Source: Gemmatimonadota bacterium (GTDB taxonomy: Bacteria; Gemmatimonadota; Gemmatimonadetes; Gemmatimonadales; GWC2-71-9). From it: a stretch of DNA of 64,000 bases. The translations under genes were made by a program, and so were the position numbers. This document shows positions 8,615 through 15,948 of this stretch, piece by piece; position 1 is the stretch's first letter, and each line of letters opens with the position of its first letter. The notes under the pieces were generated by a model. It saw only the letters and a program-made list of their open reading frames with translations. It did no database searches and was not told the origin of the DNA. The DNA lies in NCBI GenBank assembly GCA_029863245.1, contig JAOTVV010000015.1, positions 5,280-69,279 of the forward strand. The letters are read 5' to 3'.

Positions 8615-11600
8615 CTACCACTGGAACCACTCGAGCGGGAACTCGTCCTCATCGGCGCCGAGGCCGACGCGCTCCACCCGCAGCACGCGACTCAGCGTCT
8701 CACCGTCCACCGTGATGCTCACGCGGTAGTCGCCGGTGTTGACTGCGGGGGCGCCGCCGCCACCGCCGCCGCGGCCACCGAAGCCGGAGCCGCGCCCCAT
8801 GGCGCGACGCACGGCCGTAAAGATCTCCCGCATGGTGTCCTGGTCGGGCATCATCCCGGGGCCCATGCCGGCACCCGGTCCGCCCGGACCCGCCTCGCCT
8901 TCCTGTGCGCCTTCCGGCGGTCCGGCCGGTCGGCGACCGGCGCCTCGAGCTTGGGACTCACCCGGTCGCTCTTGGAAGCCCCGCGCCGCTTGGCCACCAC
9001 CGCCGAATCCGCCAAACGCGCGGAACAGCTCCTGAGTGTTGCCGCTCAGCATCCGCTCTTTGACGCGATCCAGCATTTGCTCATTCATCCCCTCGGCCTT
9101 GAGGGAATCGAACACCACGTCGAGCTTCCGCACGCCAATGATGCTGTCCCGCCGCTGCGCGGGAGAGAGCGGCGGAGAGGGCGGCCGTTGGCCCTGGAAG
9201 TTCCATGTCACCCGGTGGATCCCCGTGCCGCCCGTCCCCTGAATCGTCTGGACCGTGTCGCCCTGGACGTCCGTGATGACGATCTGCGGTCGCGATCGCC
9301 GGTCGCCGGATGCCAGGCGGTAGACGATCTCTGCTCCGTACTGCGGGCTGCGGGCCTCGAACCACTTGTGGCCGGTGGACTCACCACCTACCCGAGAGTC
9401 GCTGTACTGGTACGCCGTCTTGGGCTCGAACAAGAACGCGTTCAGCGCGAGCACCGAGTCATCGACCTGCTCCAGCGCTGCGATGTCCACGATCCAGATG
9501 GACCGGCCGTGCGTGGCCGCGATCAGCTCGCGATCGCGCGGATGGATCTGGAGGTCGTGCACGGGCACGGTCGGCAGACCCTCCATGAATCGATGCCACG
9601 ACGTCCCCCGGTCGAGTGACGCGTATAGTCCCACGTCCGTCCCGACGAACAGCAGATTCGGGTTGTACGGGTCCTCGCGAATCACGTGGAGAAAATCGGG
9701 CCCGCCCGTTGGCAGATCGTTTGCGATCGAGCGGAACGTCTTGCCGAAGTCATTGGTCACGTAGAGGTACGGCGTGAGGTCATCGTCACGGTGCCGGTCG
9801 AACGCCACGTAGAACCGCATGCTGTCGTGGTGCGACGGTTCGATGCGCGCGACCCAGGTTTTCGGGGGCAGTCGTGGGAACCGACCCGTGAGGTTCTCCC
9901 AGGTCCCGCCGTCGTTCTTGGTGACCCACACGTTCCCGTCGTCCGTTCCCGCGTAGAGGACGCCGGGCCTGAACGGTGACTCTGCCAACGCGACGATCGT
10001 GCTGTGCGTCTCGGCCCCGGTGACGTCCGGCGTGATCCCGCCGGTGGTCGTCGTCGAGATCCGGATGCGCTCGGCATCATTCGTGGTCAGATCCGGGGAA
10101 ATGGGATACAGGTCGTCACCCCGCTTGGCCGACTTGAGAACCCGGTTCGCGCCGGCGTAGAACGTGCGCGGGTTGTGCCGCGAGATGAAGAACGGCGTGT
10201 TCCAATTCCAGCGGAGATCCAGGGCCACGGAATCGGCTCGCTGACGGCGGCGAATGTCGTCGATGCGCCGCCGCACGGTCCCACGCGGCTGAACGGTCGT
10301 ATCGGGCCAGTCGATGAGGATGGAGTCCTCGTACACGGTGAACCGCTGTCGCCAATCGGGTCTCTGCAGCGAGGATCGCTCGCCGGTCGCCAGGTTGATG
10401 CGGGCCATGCTGCCGCCCTGCGACTCGGCGAACACGATATTCGGGTCCTCGGGGTCCTGCTGCGTGTAGAACCCGTCTCCGCCGTTCACCGTGAACCACA
10501 TGTGGTTCGTGATCGCCCCTTGCCTGCGGCGGCTCGGTCCACACCACGAACCGTTGTCCTGGAGACCGCCGCACACGCGATAGGGAATCTCCATGTTGTA
10601 GCTCACTTCATAGAACTGCCCCAGCGGGATGATATTGAGTACGTCGTAATTGCCGCCGCGATCCCAGGTCTGAGCGAAGCCCCCGTCGTTGCCGACGATG
10701 AAATGCTCGGGATCGTTCGGGTCGATCCACATGGCATGATGGTCGACGTGCACACCGACCGTCGCGTTTAGCGCATTCTTCCCGCCTTCGTCCGAGAACT
10801 TCACCGGCGTGGAGGACCAGTACACCCGATCCGGATTCGCGGGATCGACGCGGACCTGCGAGTAGTAGAACGGCCGCACGTTGTCGTGGGCCGTCTTCTC
10901 CCAGGTCGCGCCTCCGTCGGCCGACCGGTACAACCCCGACGGACGAGTCGTGTGGCCCTTTCCGGTGTCGGCTTCCACGATCGCATACATGATGTCCGGA
11001 TTGCTCTTGGCGATCGCGATCCCGATCCGGCCCTTCATGGTCTCGGGGAATCCACCACCCTTCACCTCGGTCCATGTCTTCCCCGCATCCGTTGTCTTCC
11101 ACAGGGCGCTCCCCGGTCCACCACTCTTGAGGAAATACGGCCCTCGCACCCGCTCCCAGCTGGCCGCGAACAGCACGTCGGGATTCTCGGGGTGCATCAC
11201 CATGTCCACGAACCCGGCCATGTCACTGATGAACTTGATCAGCGTCCACGTGTCCCCACCGTCAGTCGTCTTATAGAGCCCACGCTCCTTGTTGGGGCCC
11301 CAGATATGACCCAGGGCCGCGACGTACACGATGTCTGGGTTGCTCGGGTGGATGACGATGCGCCCAATCACTTGGGTCGCGGTGAGACCCTTGAGTTCCC
11401 AGGTGAGACCGCCATCGGTGGACTTGTAGATGCCGCCGCCCGGGGAGATCGAGTTCCGGGAATCCTCCTCACCCGTGCCCGCCCACACGATCAGGGTGTC
11501 GGAAGGCGCGATCGCGATGTCCCCCATCGAAATCACGCGCCCCTCGTCGAACACGGGGCGGAACGTAGTACCCGCGTTCGTGGTCTTCCAGATTCCGCCC

Positions 11601-11803
11601 GCCGCCGCCGCCACGAAGAACGTCTTGGAGGGGCTGGGGATGCCCTCGATGTCGGTGACGCGGCCAGCCATGTTGGCTGGACCGATGGAGCGCCAGCGAA
11701 ATGCCGACCAGAGCGTGGAGTCGGGCGTGGTCACCTGGGCCGCGAGCGGCCCGCAGAGCAGCATCCCGCCCGCCGCGATGGAAAGAAGGGTACGTGTGAA
11801 CAT
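8615..11803 (-). CDS. Secreted BNR/Asp-box repeat double-propeller protein (sortilin/VPS10- or GH74-like)
   Basis: Start taken at ATG 11803 (MFTRTLLSIAAGGMLLCGPLAAQ signal peptide). Multiple Asp-boxes are present (YKSTDGGLTWE, YKTTDGGDTWT, WKTTDAGKTWT, YRSADGGATWE, NDGGTWENL). It is a paralog of 12131-15214. A Gly/Pro-rich low-complexity insert lies near the C-terminus. Confidence 0.85.
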   Translation of the reverse strand: MFTRTLLSIAAGGMLLCGPLAAQVTTPDSTLWSAFRWRSIGPANMAGRVTDIEGIPSPSKTFFVAAAAGGIWKTTNAGTTFRPVFDEGRVISMGDIAIAPSDTLIVWAGTGEEDSRNSISPGGGIYKSTDGGLTWELKGLTATQVIGRIVIHPSNPDIVYVAALGHIWGPNKERGLYKTTDGGDTWTLIKFISDMAGFVDMVMHPENPDVLFAASWERVRGPYFLKSGGPGSALWKTTDAGKTWTEVKGGGFPETMKGRIGIAIAKSNPDIMYAIVEADTGKGHTTRPSGLYRSADGGATWEKTAHDNVRPFYYSQVRVDPANPDRVYWSSTPVKFSDEGGKNALNATVGVHVDHHAMWIDPNDPEHFIVGNDGGFAQTWDRGGNYDVLNIIPLGQFYEVSYNMEIPYRVCGGLQDNGSWCGPSRRRQGAITNHMWFTVNGGDGFYTQQDPEDPNIVFAESQGGSMARINLATGERSSLQRPDWRQRFTVYEDSILIDWPDTTVQPRGTVRRRIDDIRRRQRADSVALDLRWNWNTPFFISRHNPRTFYAGANRVLKSAKRGDDLYPISPDLTTNDAERIRISTTTTGGITPDVTGAETHSTIVALAESPFRPGVLYAGTDDGNVWVTKNDGGTWENLTGRFPRLPPKTWVARIEPSHHDSMRFYVAFDRHRDDDLTPYLYVTNDFGKTFRSIANDLPTGGPDFLHVIREDPYNPNLLFVGTDVGLYASLDRGTSWHRFMEGLPTVPVHDLQIHPRDRELIAATHGRSIWIVDIAALEQVDDSVLALNAFLFEPKTAYQYSDSRVGGESTGHKWFEARSPQYGAEIVYRLASGDRRSRPQIVITDVQGDTVQTIQGTGGTGIHRVTWNFQGQRPPSPPLSPAQRRDSIIGVRKLDVVFDSLKAEGMNEQMLDRVKERMLSGNTQELFRAFGGFGGGGQAARGFQERPGESQARGAGRRPAGPPEGAQEGEAGPGGPGAGMGPGMMPDQDTMREIFTAVRRAMGRGSGFGGRGGGGGGAPAVNTGDYRVSITVDGETLSRVLRVERVGLGADEDEFPLEWFQW

Positions 11804-12130
11804 GATCGTGCCGAAGCTCCTCCTCAGCGTTGACAGGGCGAGGGCCACGACGCCTCGGGGCGCCTCGCGACGGACGAGTTCGCATGCTCGGTGCGAGGGA
11901 TCGGAAGTCGGATCAATCCAGAGGGGTGCACGCTCCGACTCAACCCCGTTGACACTACGCACAACCGGCCGGATTCGTTGGGACAGCGGACCGGGGCCGG
12001 CGATTCCGGATCGCCGCGCGAGGCCACCGTGCCAACGCCAAACCCCATCGGGAGGAGATGCCGGGGTTCCGGCTGCGCGTACGTTGCCGCATATCATATC
12101 TCGAACTCCACAATTTGGTCAGGTGCTACC

Positions 12131-15100
12131 ATGCAGATCGCTTCCAACCGCGTCGCCGCAGCGGCTCTCTTCGTCGGTTCGATTACCGTCATCACCTTCG
12201 GCGTGCCCAACTTGGCCGCCCAGGCGACCGGAGACGCCAAGGCCGTGGACGCCCCTCCCCCGTATGCCGGCCTCGAATACCGCATGGTCGGGCCATCGCG
12301 AGGGGGACGCGTGACCGCGGTTGCGGGGCACGCGGCTCAGCCAGGCACCTTCTACATGGGAGCGACGGGCGGTGGGGTGTGGAAGACGACCGACTACGGG
12401 CACACCTGGCACAATATCTCGGATGGGTACCTCCAGACCGGGTCCATCGGGGCCATCCGAGTGGCCGACTCCGACCCGGACGTGGTCTACGTGGGAACCG
12501 GCTCCGACGGGATCCGGAGCAACGTGATCGCCGGCCGCGGCGTCTACAAGTCCACCGACGGCGGACGGACATGGTCCTTTGTCGGGCTGCGGACCGCGGG
12601 CCAGATCGGCGCCGTCGTGATCCATCCGACGAACCCCGATGTGGTGCTCGTCGCTGCCATCGGTCACGCCTTCGGGCCAAGCCGGGAGCGCGGCGTCTAC
12701 CGCTCGACGGACGGGGGAGCGACCTGGCGCAACGTGCTCTTCGTGTCCGACTCGACGGGGGCCGTGGATCTCGAGTTCGCTCCCGACGATCCCATGACGG
12801 TCTACGCAGCCATGTGGCGGGCGGAACGCAAGCCGTGGACGATCATCAGTGGCGCGCACGAAGGGGGGATCTACCGATCGACCGACGGGGGCACCACCTG
12901 GTCGAAGCTGGACGGCGGCCTTCCGACGCGCCTGATCGGGAAGAGCGACCTCGCCGTGTCGATGGCCGATCCCAGCCGTCTCTACGTGCTGATGGAGGCC
13001 GATCCGGGCGGCGGGCTGTATCGGTCCGACGACCGCGGTGAGCGGTTCACGTTGGTGAGCACCCAGGCAGGACTCCTCAACAGGCCCTTCTACTACACGA
13101 ATGTGGATGCCGATCCCAACGACGCTGACGTGGTGTACGTCAACAACGAGGGGTTCTACAAGTCCACAGACGGCGGGCGCAGTTTTCAGCGTCACTCGAC
13201 GCCGCACGGCGACAACCACGACATGTGGATCGACCCCACCGACTCGCGAGTGTTCATCCAGTCCAACGACGGCGGCGCCAACGTGACGCGGGACGGCGGC
13301 GCCATCTGGTCCACCCAACACAATCAGCCTACGGCCGAGCTGTATCAGGTGGACGTGGATGACCAGTTCCCGTATTGGCTCTACGCGGGCCAGCAAGACA
13401 ACTCGACCATCGCCGTGCCGAGCCTGCCACCGTACGGCGCCCCCGGTGGGACCACGGCGCACTGGCTCGCGATTGGCGGGTGTGAGACCGGTCCAGCCGT
13501 GCCGAAGCCCGGCAACTCCGACATCGTATACGCCAACTGCAAGGGTCGCTTTGGGCGATACAACAAGCGGACGGGTCAAGAGTGGCAATACTATGTCGGT
13601 GCGGCCAACATCTACGGTCACAACCCCAGCGACCTCACGTACCGGTTCCAACGGGTCTCCCCCATCGAGGTTTCCCCCCACGACCCCGACATCGTCTATC
13701 ACGGCTCGCAATACGTTCACGCGACGCGAGACGGCGGCAAGACGTGGGAAACTATCTCGCCCGACCTCACGGCGTTCGAACCCGACAAGCAGGTCATTTC
13801 CGGCACCCCCATCACGCGGGACATCACCGGTGAGGAGACCTATTCCACGCTCTATGCCATCGAGGAGTCGCCGCTCGAGCCGGGCGTCATCTGGACGGGC
13901 GCGAACGACGGCCCGATCCATGTAACCCGCGACGGTGGCACGACGTGGACGGCGGTCACGCCTCGGGGGCTTCCCCCGGGCGGGCGGGTCCAAACCATCG
14001 AGCCCTCCCCACATCGCCCGGGCAAAGCCTACGTCGCCGTGTACCGATACCTCCTAGGCGACTGGCAGCCGTACATCTATCGCACCTCGGACTACGGTCG
14101 CTCATGGACACGGCTCACGTCCGGGAAGAACGGTATACCGGCCAACTACCCCACTCGCGTGGTGCGCGAGGATCCGGATCGGGAAGGCCTGCTCTACGCG
14201 GGAACCGAGTTCGGTATGTTCGTCTCGTTCGATGATGGTGGCCGGTGGCAGCCATTCCAACAGAACCTCCCGATCACTCCGATCACGGACATCAAGGTGC
14301 ACCGGCAGGATCTCGTGCTGTCGACCATGGGCAGGTCATTTTGGATCCTGGACAACGTGACACCGCTCCACCAGATGACGGCAACCGTCGCCGGGGCACG
14401 CTATCACCTGTTCCAGCCGCGAACCGCCTACCGAATGCAGTACGGATCGTCCGGTCGCTCGCCAAGCGATCCCGAGTACCCGCCACCGGGGGTGATGATC
14501 GACTACGTCATCTCCGGCTCGGTCGGCGGCACGATGCGGCTCGAGATCCTCGATCGATCGGGGTCGGTGATCCGGACGTTCGTTCCCGACAGCGCGCGCC
14601 CAGCGGAAGGGGCCGGACAGGGAATGCGCGGGCCTTTCGGGGCGCGTCGCCCACCCGCCCGGCTGGAGCGTGCAGTCGGGATGCATCGTTTCGTGTGGGA
14701 CATGCGGTATCCGGGGCCGCTCGGCCCCCGGACGGGCAACGCCGACCGCGGTGGGCCAGTGGCTGCTCCCGGGCAGTACCAGGCGCGCCTCACGATTGGT
14801 GACTGGAGCGCGGCTCGCACCTTCGAGATCGCGATCGATCCTCGCGTGGCCGCCGACGGCGTGTCGGAGCAGGACCTGGTGGAACAGTTACGAGTGGCGC
14901 TCGAGGTGCGCGACCTCATGAGCGAGGCGGCGGCAACGCTCTCCCGTGTTCGGACGGCACTGAGCGCCGCCGACGTTTCTGCCGGCACCCGGGAAACGCT
15001 TCGAGCCCTCGACGCAGAGCTCGCCACCGCCGCCGACATGGCCTATCCCCAACCAATGCTCGTGGATCAGATCCGATATCTGTCCGGCATGCTGTCGCGG

Positions 15101-15214
15101 GCAGACCAAGCGCCGGGCGGCGAGGCGTACCAACGTCTCGCGGAGCTCTCGGTGTGGCACGCACGCATCGTCACTCGGCTCGATGCTGCCCTGGGTGCGG
15201 CGGGAGAACGCTGA
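12131..15214 (+). CDS. Secreted BNR/Asp-box repeat double-propeller protein (paralog of 8615-11803)
   Basis: ATG 12131 gives the signal peptide MQIASNRVAAAALFVGSITVITFGVPNLAAQ. Asp-boxes include YKSTDGGRTWS, YRSTDGGATWR, YRSTDGGTTWS, ATRDGGKTWE and VTRDGGTTWT. It aligns by eye with the divergent neighbour (e.g. GGIWKTTNAGTTF vs GGVWKTTDYGHTW; HPSNPDIVYVAALGH vs HPTNPDVVLVAAIGH). Confidence 0.85.
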   Translation: MQIASNRVAAAALFVGSITVITFGVPNLAAQATGDAKAVDAPPPYAGLEYRMVGPSRGGRVTAVAGHAAQPGTFYMGATGGGVWKTTDYGHTWHNISDGYLQTGSIGAIRVADSDPDVVYVGTGSDGIRSNVIAGRGVYKSTDGGRTWSFVGLRTAGQIGAVVIHPTNPDVVLVAAIGHAFGPSRERGVYRSTDGGATWRNVLFVSDSTGAVDLEFAPDDPMTVYAAMWRAERKPWTIISGAHEGGIYRSTDGGTTWSKLDGGLPTRLIGKSDLAVSMADPSRLYVLMEADPGGGLYRSDDRGERFTLVSTQAGLLNRPFYYTNVDADPNDADVVYVNNEGFYKSTDGGRSFQRHSTPHGDNHDMWIDPTDSRVFIQSNDGGANVTRDGGAIWSTQHNQPTAELYQVDVDDQFPYWLYAGQQDNSTIAVPSLPPYGAPGGTTAHWLAIGGCETGPAVPKPGNSDIVYANCKGRFGRYNKRTGQEWQYYVGAANIYGHNPSDLTYRFQRVSPIEVSPHDPDIVYHGSQYVHATRDGGKTWETISPDLTAFEPDKQVISGTPITRDITGEETYSTLYAIEESPLEPGVIWTGANDGPIHVTRDGGTTWTAVTPRGLPPGGRVQTIEPSPHRPGKAYVAVYRYLLGDWQPYIYRTSDYGRSWTRLTSGKNGIPANYPTRVVREDPDREGLLYAGTEFGMFVSFDDGGRWQPFQQNLPITPITDIKVHRQDLVLSTMGRSFWILDNVTPLHQMTATVAGARYHLFQPRTAYRMQYGSSGRSPSDPEYPPPGVMIDYVISGSVGGTMRLEILDRSGSVIRTFVPDSARPAEGAGQGMRGPFGARRPPARLERAVGMHRFVWDMRYPGPLGPRTGNADRGGPVAAPGQYQARLTIGDWSAARTFEIAIDPRVAADGVSEQDLVEQLRVALEVRDLMSEAAATLSRVRTALSAADVSAGTRETLRALDAELATAADMAYPQPMLVDQIRYLSGMLSRADQAPGGEAYQRLAELSVWHARIVTRLDAALGAAGER

Positions 15215-15303
15215 GACGGGTTGAACGGCTGAGCACCTGCCGCGGCGGGCTGCGGAAGTGGGGCGGAAGCATCGTGCGCGACCAGGGCCCACAGAACTCG
15301 AGC

Positions 15304-15939
15304 CTACTCGTTGGGCGGTCGCACCTCCCCGAACACCTGGACACGGAGCCCGTTGGGGCCGCGTTCTCCAAACACCCACACCCGGCGCCCCACGAGCGCG
15401 GTGAGCTCGCGCGGCAGCGCCGCGAGCCGTACGATCTCGGTGCGCGATAGCTCGATGAAGTGGGAGTCCTCGCGTTCCACCAGCTTGCCGACCACCGGTC
15501 GCTGGCCGTTGAGCTGGACCACCTCGTAGGCCGACACCTCCACCGCCCGCGACGGCGCGGGCGGGGCGTTGGCGACCGCCTTCCCCCAGACGCGCACCTC
15601 GGCGCCTACGACCCGGGCCAGCTCGTCTCGGTACGGTCCCACCAGTGCAACCTCTCCTGACGCCGTCTGCACCACGGTCTGCGTCAGCGGCATCGCCCCC
15701 ACGGCTCGGACCACTCCGGTCACCGTCGTGTCGCCTGATCGCGGGTCTCGCGCCGGGGCCGCCGCGACCGCTGGAGCGGCGGCGGCCGGTGCGGACGGGG
15801 TCGTCGTATCGGGTGCGGCGGCCGTCACCGGGGGGAGCGTGTCCGACGCCTCGCCGGGTGGCGCCGCCTCCTGCCGGCGTTCTCCGCTGCACGAAACTAC
15901 CACGCACACCGCTGCCACTACAACGCACAATTCACGCAT
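15304..15939 (-). CDS. Lipoprotein of unknown function (coupled to upstream metalloprotease)
   Basis: Lipoprotein signal MRELCVVVAAVCVVVSCSG, then a Pro/Ala/Thr-rich linker and a ~130-aa C-terminal domain. It starts 9 nt after the stop of 15949-18855. Its amino-acid composition looks coding rather than Arg/Pro-rich, unlike the competing 346-aa ORF 14888-15928. Confidence 0.6.
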   Translation of the reverse strand: MRELCVVVAAVCVVVSCSGERRQEAAPPGEASDTLPPVTAAAPDTTTPSAPAAAAPAVAAAPARDPRSGDTTVTGVVRAVGAMPLTQTVVQTASGEVALVGPYRDELARVVGAEVRVWGKAVANAPPAPSRAVEVSAYEVVQLNGQRPVVGKLVEREDSHFIELSRTEIVRLAALPRELTALVGRRVWVFGERGPNGLRVQVFGEVRPPNE

Positions 15940-15948
15940 GTCGCTGCC

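Noticed and set aside
7113-8729. 538-aa plus-strand ORF covering the gdh locus
   Set aside because: It is antisense to a gene with unmistakable GDH motifs. The translation is Arg/Pro/Gly/His-rich with no recognisable domain, a typical high-GC shadow ORF.
12119-14014. 631-aa minus-strand ORF inside the second BNR gene
   Set aside because: It is antisense to a frame carrying many Asp-boxes and a signal peptide. The composition is Arg/Gly/Val/Pro-dominated and motif-free.
15215-15303. Possible bidirectional terminator between the convergent BNR gene and lipoprotein gene; a similar case at 28709-28738
   Set aside because: Only short or imperfect inverted repeats are present (e.g. a 5-bp stem CCCTC/GAGGG at about 28722-28736, and imperfect arms around 15230-15260). 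These are too weak to call.
14888-15928. 346-aa minus-strand ORF competing with the 211-aa lipoprotein gene 15304-15939
   Set aside because: The translation is extremely Arg/Gly/Pro-rich with no signal or domain. The alternative frame has a clean lipoprotein signal and is positioned 9 nt after the protease stop.
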